Under the pieces are notes generated by a model that saw only the letters and a list, made by a program, of their open reading frames with translations, searched no databases and was not told the DNA's origin. Source: Nannocystales bacterium (GTDB taxonomy: Bacteria > Myxococcota_A > Polyangia > Nannocystales > Nannocystaceae). Taken from it: DNA of 64,000 nucleotides. The position numbers and the translations under genes are program-made. Position 1 is the stretch's first letter, and each line of letters opens with the position of its first letter. Below are positions 37,164 to 47,557 of this stretch, one piece after another. The stretch is from positions 128,001-192,000 of the forward strand of contig JBOEGF010000018.1 in NCBI GenBank assembly GCA_050633305.1, given 5' to 3'.

Positions 37164-38366
37164 CTAGGCCGGTGGGCACGGCGGGCGACCGCAGTCTCGC
37201 CGAATCTCCGCGTCGGTGCGCGCGTGGTCGAAGATCATGAGCTCGTCCACAACACCCTCGTAGGCGCGGTCTGGCCGCGATGCCGGATGTCCGATGCGCC
37301 CATGTGTCCACTGCGGGCTCGGCGTGTGCCCCTCGGCGCTGTCCACGGATACCCCGTCGATGAGCAGTGCGCAGCTCGTGGTGGTCCAGCGAAACGCGAC
37401 GTGGGTCCACCGGTCGTACTCGACGTCGGTACCGAGCAAACTACAGTTTTCTCCACCAGCGAACACCCCGTCGATGAAGGCTCTCCAGCGGTAGGGCATG
37501 CCCGCGACGTGGTCGAGTTGGATGTGAAGGTCTGGAGTGTTGTTGCCAAACCCATCGCCCACGCCGTCGCTGATGTGGACGACGAAGCGGGTACAGTTCT
37601 CGGTGCACGACTCGTCCAAGATGTCCGGCCGGGCCCAGAATTCGATGGTGGCTTCGGGGGCGGGGGTTCCGTCGGGGGCGAGACGAACCACCGTCTCGGC
37701 GATGTCGATCGAATCTGGATGGCCGGCATACCGCGCGGCTGTCCCAAACGCCCCCTCCTCGCCGAAGGATGGCGCACCCAGAAGCACGCCGACGGAGCCT
37801 ACGGCTTCATCGAGGACGAACTGGGCGTCGCCGGCTTCGTCGAGGCGATACCACGCGAGCAGCCCAGGGTTGTCGTCGCACTGGAGATGGTCTGGCCGTA
37901 CGCGTGGGTCATCGTCGTTGCAGTCGTCGGCGTTCGGCACGGTGCCCTCAGGCGCGTCGCAAGCGACGACCGGAGTTCCGCTGGCGTTCCCGAAGCCGTC
38001 GGCGTCGGCATCGGGAAACCACTCGAGGCTGGCACAGGTCCCGGTGCTGGTGGGTTCGCCCGAACTCGAATTCGGGCTCGTTGTCGCGGTGAGGCCCGAG
38101 TCGCTCGTCCCTGCGGTTGTCGTCGCGGTGCTGGTGTCATCGACACAGCGGGCCGGGTTGGTCGGTGCGTTTGGAGAGCGCCGAAGGCCAGAGGGGCAGG
38201 CGTCGTCCGGATAGGCGCAGACGCCGTCCGCCAGACACACGGCCGCGCCGCCTTCCCAATCGCACTGGTTTGCGTCGCTACACGCGAAGGGGTCGATCGT
38301 GCACGATCCTGCGGCGACGCTGAGTCCCGCTGCCAGTCCGAGCCGTGCGAGTCTCAGAAGCGCCAC
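37164..38366 (-). CDS. Lipoprotein with Cys/Asp-rich (MopE-like) repeat and LamG/ConA-like domain
   Basis: Lipobox AGSC; WFPDADADGFG..DDCND; WYRLDE, WTHVA, GVVDELMIF. Confidence 0.8.
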   Translation of the reverse strand: MALLRLARLGLAAGLSVAAGSCTIDPFACSDANQCDWEGGAAVCLADGVCAYPDDACPSGLRRSPNAPTNPARCVDDTSTATTTAGTSDSGLTATTSPNSSSGEPTSTGTCASLEWFPDADADGFGNASGTPVVACDAPEGTVPNADDCNDDDPRVRPDHLQCDDNPGLLAWYRLDEAGDAQFVLDEAVGSVGVLLGAPSFGEEGAFGTAARYAGHPDSIDIAETVVRLAPDGTPAPEATIEFWARPDILDESCTENCTRFVVHISDGVGDGFGNNTPDLHIQLDHVAGMPYRWRAFIDGVFAGGENCSLLGTDVEYDRWTHVAFRWTTTSCALLIDGVSVDSAEGHTPSPQWTHGRIGHPASRPDRAYEGVVDELMIFDHARTDAEIRRDCGRPPCPPA

Positions 38367-39076
38367 GTCAGCCCTCGCTGGCTCATTTGGTCGGCTTCGC
38401 CCCGTCGCGCGAGAATGCCGTAGCGGATGATGCCGCCGACGAGGAGTGCTGCACCGGCCCCGAGCAACACGAAACCCGCCGTCGAGGTGTTGCGGACGTC
38501 GGCTTCGCGCCGCGCATGCGCTCGTTCGGTCTCGGCTTCGGGCGCGCTGGTCGAGTTGTTGGACACGAGCAGCAGCCCTCCGCCAGTGATCGCCGCAACG
38601 CCGCCCACCGCGACCAAGATTCCCCCCCATGGGTCACGTGCCCAGGAGATTCGCGCGGGGCCGTCTCCCTCGAGCACGGGCGTCGGGGGCACGACGGCGG
38701 GTTCAGGCTCCGGTTGTGGCGCGACACGGGCGATCAACGCCTCGCACTCGGCGATCTGAGCTCGAGCGGCCTCGATGTCCGGCTGCGGCGGTGCCTGTGC
38801 AATGAATCGCTCAAACACCCCGATCGCTTCGGGGCAGCTGCCCGCCCTTCGCAGCGACATGGCCTGGCTGTAGAGGTGGACCGGCTCGCCCGTATCGTCG
38901 AAGGCTCGCTCGTAGGCTTCGGCCGCCTCGGCGTATCGGCGGGCGTGGGTGAGCTCGGCTGCCTGGCGTGCCGGAGGTTGGGGCGCCGGGAGGGCATCGG
39001 CGGGTGCGGGCACCATGAGCGCGGCACACAACACCGCGGCGGTTGGCTGCCCGATCACCGACGCAGTGTAGTGCAT
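38354..39076 (-). CDS. TPR-containing membrane protein
   Basis: YAEAAEAYERAF TPR-like helix; two C-terminal TM segments. Confidence 0.75.
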   Translation of the reverse strand: MHYTASVIGQPTAAVLCAALMVPAPADALPAPQPPARQAAELTHARRYAEAAEAYERAFDDTGEPVHLYSQAMSLRRAGSCPEAIGVFERFIAQAPPQPDIEAARAQIAECEALIARVAPQPEPEPAVVPPTPVLEGDGPARISWARDPWGGILVAVGGVAAITGGGLLLVSNNSTSAPEAETERAHARREADVRNTSTAGFVLLGAGAALLVGGIIRYGILARRGEADQMSQRGLTWRF

Positions 39077-39082
39077 CTCGTG

Positions 39083-40522
39083 TCATGGAACAGGAGTCCC
39101 ACGCGACTCGCGGTGGGACGGCGGCAGGAACTCGGAAGGCACATCGGGACTGTCCGCTGCAGGGCGGGAGCTCCGTCGACGCCTCCCGCGTTTCTTGGCA
39201 CGTTTTCCCTTCGGTCTTGGGGGCGTTGCCTGTTCTTCCTGCTGCAGCCTCCCGGGCAGCTTCTCCGGCTCCTCGGGCAGGAACTCGACGTCGTCCTCGG
39301 TTGGCGGCTCCACGGCGGGCGAGGGCGTCGGGTCGGCGACCAGAGCGGGCGGGGGCACGGGGGCAGGGGTCGGCGTTGGCGGATCCTGCTGGCCTCGCAT
39401 GAGGGCGGCTCCTACGGCGACGCCAACGGTGATCCCAAGCACCGCCCCGCCGATCCATCCTGCGCGTCGCCGAATCCTCGTCTTGGGGGCAGAGCGACTC
39501 GTCTCAGTCGCGTCTGCCAGCAGGGGAAGAACCGATGTGGTGGGGTAGGGCGTTGCCCCGAAGAGGTCGGTGACGAAGTCCGCCAGCGCGAGCGTGGAGA
39601 GCCGCGTGCCTTGCGACGCTGCGAAGTCCTCGAGCGCCGTCTGAAATGCTCGGGCAGTGGGGAAGCGCGCAGCGGGTTCGACCTCGAGGGCCCTGTTGAC
39701 GATCGCCGCCAGCCCCTGCGGGTACGACGGGACGATCTTGTGGGGCGCGAGGTACTTGCCCTCTGCGACCTTGTTGAGGAGCGCGAACTCGCCTTCGGCG
39801 AAGAAACAACGCCGCCCGGTGGTGAGCTCGTACAACACGACGCCCAGCGAGAACACGTCCGCCGTGCGGTCGAGAGCGCTGCCGCGGGCCTGCTCAGGAG
39901 ACATGTACGCCAGCTTCCCCTTGATGGCTTGAGACCGGGTTGCCTGGGCCTGCGAGGTCGCCTTGGCGATGCCGAAGTCGACGAGCTTGACCGCTCCGTC
40001 GTAGCTGACCAGGATATTCGACGGGGACACATCACGGTGCACCAGACCCAGCGGCGCACCCTCGGCATCGCAGGCTTCGTGTGCGTGGTGCAGGGCGCCG
40101 GCGACCGCCGTGACGATCGACAACGCGCAGTCCAAGGGGACGCCCTGTGCCTTGGCTGCCGTGCGTAGCAGTTCGTTGACACCGCGCCCGTGCACGTACT
40201 CCAGCACCATGAAGAAGTCGCGACCCGCCTGGCCAAAGTCGGTGACCGAGGCGATGTTGGGGTGCTCCAGACTGGAGGCGAGCTTGGCCTCGTTGAGGAA
40301 CATGCTGACAAACTCAGCATCCTCGGCGAGGTGAGGGAGCACGCGCTTGAGCGCCACCAACTTCGTGAACCCGGCGTCGGCCCGCTGGCGGGCGAGGTAG
40401 AGCTCCGCCATGCCGCCCAGCGCGATTCGTTGGAGAACCTGGTATCGACCGAGCTTGGTCCCCGGCGGAAGCCCTCCGACCGCGGAAGCCGGGGTCGCGG
40501 TCATGCCTTCGCCCGCGATCAT
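39083..40522 (-). CDS. Ser/Thr protein kinase with TM segment
   Basis: ALGGMAE, HRDVSPSN, DFGIA, GKLAYMSPEQ. Confidence 0.93.
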   Translation of the reverse strand: MIAGEGMTATPASAVGGLPPGTKLGRYQVLQRIALGGMAELYLARQRADAGFTKLVALKRVLPHLAEDAEFVSMFLNEAKLASSLEHPNIASVTDFGQAGRDFFMVLEYVHGRGVNELLRTAAKAQGVPLDCALSIVTAVAGALHHAHEACDAEGAPLGLVHRDVSPSNILVSYDGAVKLVDFGIAKATSQAQATRSQAIKGKLAYMSPEQARGSALDRTADVFSLGVVLYELTTGRRCFFAEGEFALLNKVAEGKYLAPHKIVPSYPQGLAAIVNRALEVEPAARFPTARAFQTALEDFAASQGTRLSTLALADFVTDLFGATPYPTTSVLPLLADATETSRSAPKTRIRRRAGWIGGAVLGITVGVAVGAALMRGQQDPPTPTPAPVPPPALVADPTPSPAVEPPTEDDVEFLPEEPEKLPGRLQQEEQATPPRPKGKRAKKRGRRRRSSRPAADSPDVPSEFLPPSHRESRGTPVP

Positions 40523-41136
40523 GACGAGGGGGGCTGGCCGATGACGAGCCGCATCAGGGACTCGAGCTGCTCCACCGAGACCTGGTGCTCGCCGCGCCCG
40601 GACATCCGGGTGAAGGCGGCGCGCAATCTTTCACGGGCGCGGGTCATGCGAGTGCGAACGGTGATCGGGTTGACGCCGAAATGCTCCGAGAGCGCGGGCG
40701 TGGCGATGCCCTGCCAATAGTAGAGGACCAGGAGGAGTTGGGGCGCCGAGGGGAGGGAGGCCAGTGCACGAAGCAAGATGACTTGCTCCTGCGTACGCAC
40801 CATGAGCGTGGACATCCGAGTCTGGGGCGCCGGCTGGGCGGTGTCGTCGAAGCTACCCAGCTCGCGGCTGCGGGCCATCTTGCGCTTGTGCATCACCAGC
40901 TGTCGCCGGGCGATGCCGAGCAGGTAGGCGCGGAACGAGCCCGGGTCGCGCAACCGTTCGGGGTTCTCGATCAGGACCATGAACGTGCGCTGCGCGAGGT
41001 CCTCCGCGGCCCAGGTCGCGTTGAGCTCGAAGTAGCGCAGCACGACGGTGTAGTGCCGACGCATCAGCGACTCGCCGCAGGTGCGGTCACCGCGTCTCCA
41101 GGCCTCGAGGAGTTGGGCGTCGCCGAGCGTGTCCAA
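40519..41136 (-). CDS. ECF RNA polymerase sigma factor
   Basis: AEDLAQRTF, SFRAYLLGIARR (region 2), TVRTRMTRARERLR (region 4). Confidence 0.9.
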   Translation of the reverse strand: MDTLGDAQLLEAWRRGDRTCGESLMRRHYTVVLRYFELNATWAAEDLAQRTFMVLIENPERLRDPGSFRAYLLGIARRQLVMHKRKMARSRELGSFDDTAQPAPQTRMSTLMVRTQEQVILLRALASLPSAPQLLLVLYYWQGIATPALSEHFGVNPITVRTRMTRARERLRAAFTRMSGRGEHQVSVEQLESLMRLVIGQPPSS

Positions 41137-41297
41137 CGCTCAAACGGTATCACGGCCCCCCTGTTTTGAGGTCGCGAACGTAGCCCAGCTCGCACCCCGT
41201 GCAGTGAGGTCGGCCGTCGCGTTTTTTCCGGAACGTTTTGGTTGCTGGCGCCAACGAGTCATACCCGGCGGAAACCCGCGGGGAGAGGAGACTTCGG

Positions 41298-42977
41298 GTG
41301 AGCCCCAGATCCATCGCAAGCATCGCGCTTCTTAGCCTTTCCATAGGCTGCTACCAGGGCGTGGACGTGACGCCGGGCGCCGAGGAGCCCGACACCACCA
41401 GTGAGGATTCGGGGGGAGACTCCTCGGGCGGGAGCGGGGGGGCAGACACCGCAGCCGAGCCCGAGGATGCGTCCTTGGTCCCGTTTGCGGGGCTGCGCCG
41501 TCTGACCGCCGCCGAGCACGATGCGACGTTGCGAGACCTGATCGGTGATGAGCTGGGAGACAGCGTCCTGTTCCTCCCCGAGGACCCTCGCACGCCCTTT
41601 GACAACGACTACACCACGCAGACACCGGCGCAGTCGCTCATCTCCGGGGCCGACTTGCTGGCCTCGGACGCGGCAGCGCGGTTGGTCGCCGATGCGTCGA
41701 GGCTGCAGGGGGTTTTGGGCTGCGAGCCCAGCGGACCCGATGATGCCGCGTGTTTCGAGTCCTTCGTTCGGTCGTTCGGACGCCGGGCATTCCGTCGACC
41801 ATTGAGCGAGGACGAAGTCCAGCAATACATGGAGATGGCCGCGTTCGCGGTCGAGCGGGATGACTTTGGCGAAGGTGTCGAAGCTGCACTGCGCGCCATG
41901 CTGTCGGCGCCCTCCTTCCTCTACCGGGTGGAGATCGGTGAGCCCGTGGCGGGGGCCGATGGCGTGTTCGCGCTGGGCAACTACGAGGTGGCGACCCGGT
42001 TGTCCTACTTCCTGTGGGGGACGACGCCGAGCGACGAACTGCTCGACGAAGCCGAGGCTGGTCGTCTGGCGTCTCCCGATGGAGTCGCAGCCGCGGTCGG
42101 TTGGATGATGGAGGACGAGCGCGCGCTGGATCGCGTGACTCGATTCCACGCGCTGTGGCTGGGGTACGAGCGGTTGCCTGGCGACTATGAACTCGTCCAG
42201 GCCATGGAAGCGGAGAACCGCGCGTTGATGGAACGCGTGATCTTCGATGAGCAGCGCCCGTGGCAGGACGTGCTTCGCCTGGAAGAAACCTATGCGTCCG
42301 ACGCCCTGGCGGAGCACTACGGGATTCCTCTTCCGGGGAGTGAGACCCCGCAGTGGACCTCGTACGGAGACACGGGCCGCAAGGGCTTGTTGTCGGGCGG
42401 GAGCTTCTTGTCGATCGGCCAGAAGTTCGGCGACACCAGCCCTACGCAACGCGGGCTGCTCGTTCGGACCCGGTTGTTCTGTATGGATGTGCCTCCACCG
42501 GCACCGGACCTCAACGTCGATGTCGATGAGCCCCCTGGAGATCCGGAGAACGACTGCAAGTGGGAACGCTACGCTGCGCACCGCGAGGAAGGCAGCTCTT
42601 GCGAGTCCTGCCACGCGCTGTTCGACCCGATCGGTTTCGGCTTGGAAGCCTACGGTCCGCTGGGCGAGCTGCGAACCCACGAGCCCGGAAAGCCCGAGTG
42701 CGAGCTGCACACCGAGGGCAACGTGGCCGAAGCGGGTGACTTCAGCGGACCGGGCGAACTCGCCGACCGATTGCTCGAGTCTGGGGCGGTCAACCGTTGC
42801 GTCTCGACCCAGCTGTACCGGTTCGCGATGGGTCGCTACGAACTCGACGACGTGGACCTGGAGCTGGTCGAGCTGTTGACGGAGAGGATCGGCGACGAGG
42901 ACTTCCGCTTCGACACGTTGCTCGAGGAACTCGTGGCCTCGGACGCCTTCCTGTACCGCCGCACCAAGGAGATCTGA
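41298..42977 (+). CDS. DUF1592/DUF1588/DUF1595 (PSD/PSCyt) family lipoprotein
   Basis: LRRLT, RAFRRPL, PSFLYRVE, RLSYFLW, TSPTQRG, CESCH heme-type motif, DPIGFGLE. Confidence 0.9.
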   Translation: MSPRSIASIALLSLSIGCYQGVDVTPGAEEPDTTSEDSGGDSSGGSGGADTAAEPEDASLVPFAGLRRLTAAEHDATLRDLIGDELGDSVLFLPEDPRTPFDNDYTTQTPAQSLISGADLLASDAAARLVADASRLQGVLGCEPSGPDDAACFESFVRSFGRRAFRRPLSEDEVQQYMEMAAFAVERDDFGEGVEAALRAMLSAPSFLYRVEIGEPVAGADGVFALGNYEVATRLSYFLWGTTPSDELLDEAEAGRLASPDGVAAAVGWMMEDERALDRVTRFHALWLGYERLPGDYELVQAMEAENRALMERVIFDEQRPWQDVLRLEETYASDALAEHYGIPLPGSETPQWTSYGDTGRKGLLSGGSFLSIGQKFGDTSPTQRGLLVRTRLFCMDVPPPAPDLNVDVDEPPGDPENDCKWERYAAHREEGSSCESCHALFDPIGFGLEAYGPLGELRTHEPGKPECELHTEGNVAEAGDFSGPGELADRLLESGAVNRCVSTQLYRFAMGRYELDDVDLELVELLTERIGDEDFRFDTLLEELVASDAFLYRRTKEI

Positions 42978-42979
42978 TC

Positions 42980-44482
42980 GTGGCCAACCGACTGAACCGA
43001 CGAACCTTTCTGCGTGGCGCTGGCGGCATCGCGGTCGCGCTTCCTGCTCTCGAGATCATGATGCCAGCGCGCCCAGCACGGGCCGGGGGCTCGGCGCCGA
43101 CGCGGTACATGATCGGATTCTGCGGCGCTTCGACTGGGCGCCGCGATGGGAACTACACATCGGACGACCAGCCCACCGCGGACCTTGTGGTTCCGGATGC
43201 GCTCGGTGCCAACTACGACGTCAAGCGAGCTGTGACGCCGCTGGCGGACTTCGGCGTTGCCGAGGACGTATCGATCGTCTCGGGCCTGCACGTCCCGTGG
43301 GACGAGGGCAGCGGGGTTCCGATGGCGGGACGCCGCGTGCAGTTTCACGAGAGCGCCCTGTCCCCCATCCTCAGCGGAATGCGCGGAGGCGCTGATACGG
43401 GCGACAACGACTGCAAGGGCCCCACATCCGATCAGATCGTCGGAGACGCGATCGGTCAGGAGTCTGCGCACCGCGTGCTGCCCGTCTGCGTGCAGGCCGC
43501 GTCGTACCGGGGAAGCAACGGCAGCTCGGGGGGAGCCAACGGCACGCTTTCGTATCGGGAAGATGGCGGCATCCAACGGGTCTCGCCGATCAGCAGTCCA
43601 CGACAGCTGTTCGAGTCGCTGTTTAGTGGCTTCGTACCCCCGGGTGCAGATCCGGCCCAGTTGGCAGAACTCGAATACCAGTCGCGCCGGACGAACAAGG
43701 TCGTCGATCTGGTGAAGGGCGACGCGGACCGGTTGATCGCTCGGCTCGGTGGTGAGGACCGCCGCCGGATGGAGCGTCATCTGACGGCGATCTCCGAGTT
43801 CGAGGATGCGCTTGGGCAAGCGGGCGGTGGCGGCAGCGAGTGCGTGCTCCCGATGGATCCTGGGGATGATCCCCCGATCGGCAACTCGACCACGACGTCG
43901 AACCCCGATGACTACGACACCACCGCTGCGTGGAGTGACGAGGAAACGCGGGCGCTTCGACTCACCGACCTCATCCACATGGCGCTCACCTGTGAGCTCA
44001 CTCGTTCGGTGGCGCTGCAGTACACCTACGCCCACTGTTGGCTGAACATGTTCCCGGTCACGGGCCATACCAACGACTTGCACGAACTCGGGCACAGCGG
44101 CTCGGGGTCCGACGCGAGTCCGCTGGAGGCGCTCAGCGACGGCATCGCTTGGAACGTCAAACACTGGGCCCGCCTGGTCGACCTGCTCAAGAACACGCCC
44201 GACATCGATGGTCGCTCCGTCCTCGACAACACCGCGATCACCTTGATGTTCGAAGGTGGACACGGTTGGGATCCCGAGGCCGCGGCGTACAGTGTGCACT
44301 CCACCGAGAACATGTCGGCGCTCATCGCTGGGGGAGCCGGTGGCCTCAACGCGAGTGGAGGGCGGCACATCGTCGCTCCGGGAGAGCATCCGGCACGGGT
44401 TCTCACCTCCGCTATGTCTGCGGTCGGTGCGGGGGATACGTTGGGCGAGGTGACAGGCGTGATTCCCGAGCTGTTCGCGTAG
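42980..44482 (+). CDS. DUF1552 family protein (Tat signal)
   Basis: RRTFLRGAG..LP.LE, SDQIVG, HELGH, SVLDNT; follows the DUF1592 gene. Confidence 0.88.
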   Translation: MANRLNRRTFLRGAGGIAVALPALEIMMPARPARAGGSAPTRYMIGFCGASTGRRDGNYTSDDQPTADLVVPDALGANYDVKRAVTPLADFGVAEDVSIVSGLHVPWDEGSGVPMAGRRVQFHESALSPILSGMRGGADTGDNDCKGPTSDQIVGDAIGQESAHRVLPVCVQAASYRGSNGSSGGANGTLSYREDGGIQRVSPISSPRQLFESLFSGFVPPGADPAQLAELEYQSRRTNKVVDLVKGDADRLIARLGGEDRRRMERHLTAISEFEDALGQAGGGGSECVLPMDPGDDPPIGNSTTTSNPDDYDTTAAWSDEETRALRLTDLIHMALTCELTRSVALQYTYAHCWLNMFPVTGHTNDLHELGHSGSGSDASPLEALSDGIAWNVKHWARLVDLLKNTPDIDGRSVLDNTAITLMFEGGHGWDPEAAAYSVHSTENMSALIAGGAGGLNASGGRHIVAPGEHPARVLTSAMSAVGAGDTLGEVTGVIPELFA

Positions 44483-44524
44483 AGGCTGTGCGGCTCGGTC
44501 GGATTGGGAATACCCTTCCCACCG

Positions 44525-45427
44525 ATGGCAGCGGAGGGGCGCAGTTGGAGCTGGATCACGATCTTTGCAGCCGTGGCATCCGGCTGCGGCCCGAGCGTGC
44601 AGTCGGCTGGCCCAGATCGCGACACCGAGATGTCCGCCAGCCCGTCGGGCGCCGACTCGAGTTCCACAACGGACGCAGCCGCCTCCTCCTCCGGCGAAGG
44701 TGTCTCGGGAACCACGAGTCCGGGGACAACGGCCGGCGCTTCGAGTACCGGGCAGGCGCCGATGAATTGCGAAGAGGGCGTCTGGAGCGGGTCGCTGCAT
44801 TGGAGCACCGGGTTCAACGGCTTCTCGGTCCAGCTCACCGCCTGTGACGGCGGTCGACTCTTCATTGTCGAGGGGCTGGAAATCCCGTCGCAACGGGTCT
44901 GCGGCGAGGGGGGACTGGTCGAGGTTGGGGGCCGGCTGTGCCCGGCTGAGTCCGGGGAGCCCGTCCTCCATGCGGAGTCGATCGTTGGCCCATGCGACGG
45001 CGAGTGTGGCTCGCTCGGCGAATGCTCCGTGTTCGCCGGGGAGTGCGTCGAAGACTACGTCGAGTGCAGCTTCACGGAGCTGGACTGCCCGCTGACGACC
45101 AAGTGTGCACCTTGGGTTGTCGACGGCGGCCCGGTGTTCATCGGCGCGACGTGTCGAGAGCTCGAACAGCAGGACCCCGACAGCCTGGGCGAACCGTGCG
45201 TTGCGGAGAGCGACGGCCAGGTTGGAGTCGACACCTGTGACGTTGGCCTGCTCTGTTGGGGCTCCGACCCGGAGCTGCTCCCGTGGGAATGCGTCGAGCA
45301 TTGCGACCCCGGGGGAGGCACCCCCTGTCAGAACGGGGAGCCATGCTCGCTGTGCCCGACGCTACCTTCGCTCGGTCTCTGCCTGCCCCCGGGCACTGCG
45401 ACCCCGATCGCCCGCTGCGGTGGTTGA
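44525..45427 (+). CDS. Cys-rich lipoprotein
   Basis: Lipobox ASGC; S/T linker; KCAPW..GEPC..DTCDVGLLCW repeat. Confidence 0.75.
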   Translation: MAAEGRSWSWITIFAAVASGCGPSVQSAGPDRDTEMSASPSGADSSSTTDAAASSSGEGVSGTTSPGTTAGASSTGQAPMNCEEGVWSGSLHWSTGFNGFSVQLTACDGGRLFIVEGLEIPSQRVCGEGGLVEVGGRLCPAESGEPVLHAESIVGPCDGECGSLGECSVFAGECVEDYVECSFTELDCPLTTKCAPWVVDGGPVFIGATCRELEQQDPDSLGEPCVAESDGQVGVDTCDVGLLCWGSDPELLPWECVEHCDPGGGTPCQNGEPCSLCPTLPSLGLCLPPGTATPIARCGG

Positions 45428-45439
45428 GAGCTGGTCGTC

Positions 45440-46303
45440 TCAGCACTTGGACGTGATCCGATAGCCCAACTCCAAGAACGGCAGCCCAAAGACCCGGAAT
45501 CGGTGGCGCGCTAGGACTGCGCGGTCGCGGACCTCCAGACTGAGTTGCTCCTTCATGGTGCGCAGGTAGCGAGCCCAGACCTCGCCGGGACCCGCAAGCA
45601 CGGTGAAGTAGAAACCGGTGTCGCCGAATCGTCGGCCATCGCTGACGAGCGACAGGCCTCCTTCGGGGTCGACGCGTGGTCGCAACACGATGACTGCGTT
45701 GCCATTGGGTAGCGGGAAAACAACTTTAATGCAGGGCCCTTCGTGGCCGGGGATCGTGACCGTGCCGTACTGGCCGACGAAGACGGGAAGGCCTGTCTCG
45801 ACGGAGGTCCGGACCCATGCCGTGTGCCCGACCGTTCCGTCCTCCGCGGCGAGTTTGACGATGCGACTCTCGACGCCACCGCGTAAGGAGCGGTCGGACA
45901 GCGGCATGTTGAGCTGCGCCAGGCGGCGTGCAAAGAGTCGTGCGACGAGCCAGCCTCCAAGGACGAATGGACCGGACCAGCGGCTGTGGACCTCCAGATC
46001 AAAGCTCGCCGTGTGAGCGTAGAAGTTGCCGATGTCCTCACAGACCGCAGCCGGGTCGAAGTGAGGCCCTCGAAGTGCATCGAGGCCGGTGATGAGCCCG
46101 TCCTCCGGGCCTGGTGGGAGCAGCGTGAGCCCCTGTGACTGGCCCCAACGTTCAAAGAAGTCCGCCCCAATCCCATGGACCGACCCCGTAGGGCCACGAA
46201 GCCAGGGACTGTCGGTCAATGCGACGCGGCGGCCTGTCGCTTGGACCCACCGCTGCGTGAACCAGTCGAACGCATGCCCGCGCCGCTCCCCGATCCAGAC
46301 CAC
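45440..46303 (-). CDS. Conserved hypothetical protein (YndJ-like)
   Basis: FY.HT..F.L.V..W, QLNMPL, VVFPLPNGN. Confidence 0.6.
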   Translation of the reverse strand: MVWIGERRGHAFDWFTQRWVQATGRRVALTDSPWLRGPTGSVHGIGADFFERWGQSQGLTLLPPGPEDGLITGLDALRGPHFDPAAVCEDIGNFYAHTASFDLEVHSRWSGPFVLGGWLVARLFARRLAQLNMPLSDRSLRGGVESRIVKLAAEDGTVGHTAWVRTSVETGLPVFVGQYGTVTIPGHEGPCIKVVFPLPNGNAVIVLRPRVDPEGGLSLVSDGRRFGDTGFYFTVLAGPGEVWARYLRTMKEQLSLEVRDRAVLARHRFRVFGLPFLELGYRITSKC

Positions 46304-46403
46304 GGGCCCACAATAGGTCCCGAATGCTCGTGTGGCGAACGGCCGAGGCGGACCGCATCGGTTTGACTTGTGTCATCGTGGTCCTCAGGCTGCGAGAAGG
46401 GCT

Positions 46404-47138
46404 GTGACGATCTACTCCTTCCACTTGGCGACCCCGGGTTTCTTCGCAACGACGCGTGCGTTGCTGCGGCCGCCGACGCCGGGGACGGTCGCGGGGTTGC
46501 AGCACGCGGAGTGCATGGTCCCGATGCAACTCGGCGCCTCGATTTTCTCCCCCGGTCGTTGGCAGGTCCGGCGCCTCGCGGTGTTCGCCGCGTGGCGAGA
46601 TGAGACGGCCCTCGAGGAGTTTCTGGCGAAGACGTCGCTGGGAAGAACCCTCGCGCAGGGGTGGCATGTGCGACTCCGGTTCCTGCGTCGTTGGGGACTC
46701 ATCCGTGAACTCGACGGCTTGCCTGCGATCGCGGCCGAGACCGACCTCGATGCGCCCGTGGTCGCCGTCACGCTCGCGCGGCTCAAATTGCCTCAGGCGC
46801 CGAGGTTCATCCGTTGGGGCAAACCGGTCGAGCGTTTGGTTCGCGACCATCCAGGCTCGACGCTCGCCTTGGCCGCGGCACGTCCGATGCGGACGCTCTG
46901 TACGTTCAGCGTGTGGAACTCGGCGCGAGAGATGAAGGACATGGTCCACGGTCGCGGCTCGATCCCGAACGCGGACCGTCACGCGGTCGCGATGGCGGAG
47001 CGGGGGCGCAAGGCCTTCCACACCGAGTTCACGACGCTACGTTTTTCGAGCATCGGGGAGTACGGCGTCTGGCAGGGGCGGCGTCGCTTTGTGCCAACCG
47101 CAGCACAAGCTGGGTTGCCGCGCTCGGGGCAAGGGTAG
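46404..47138 (+). CDS. Hypothetical protein, CrtA/spheroidene monooxygenase-like
   Basis: AVFAAW, PVVAVTLARL, TFSVW, H..AM, FTTLRF pattern. Confidence 0.55.
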   Translation: MTIYSFHLATPGFFATTRALLRPPTPGTVAGLQHAECMVPMQLGASIFSPGRWQVRRLAVFAAWRDETALEEFLAKTSLGRTLAQGWHVRLRFLRRWGLIRELDGLPAIAAETDLDAPVVAVTLARLKLPQAPRFIRWGKPVERLVRDHPGSTLALAAARPMRTLCTFSVWNSAREMKDMVHGRGSIPNADRHAVAMAERGRKAFHTEFTTLRFSSIGEYGVWQGRRRFVPTAAQAGLPRSGQG

Positions 47139-47147
47139 GATCGGCCC

Positions 47148-47544
47148 ATGCTCCTACAACGTCTCGTGTTGGTCATCGTGGCCTGCGGTCTTGGCTGCGG
47201 ACCCGATGGTGGCGTCGACGAGGAGGAAGAGGGATGCCCCGCGCAGCCTCGGATCTGCGAGTCGTTCACGTTCGTTCGAGAGGACGACGGCGTGAGCCTC
47301 CGTTCGGTGCTCGACCAGGACCTCCCGGCGCCTGTGTCCGATGTGCACTGCGTTCTCGAGGCACTTCGGGATGGAACGGGCTCCACGCTCTCGTTCTCCG
47401 ACGGGTTCCGGACGAGGGTTGACGAGAATGAACTCCGAGGACGCGGAGGTGCTTCGGGATTGCCTGTGGGAGTTCGAAGACCAGGAGGTCGACGAGTCGG
47501 GATGTCGGGCGGCCGTCGGGGGGGCTGTGTGGGGGGGCACGTGA
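47148..47544 (+). pseudogene. Possibly frameshifted Cys-containing lipoprotein
   Basis: Lipobox GLGC frame loses protein-like character near 47430, while another frame continues EDAEVLRDCLWEFEDQEVDESGC to a stop at 47544. Confidence 0.4.
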
Positions 47545-47557
47545 TGCCCCCCGCGCC

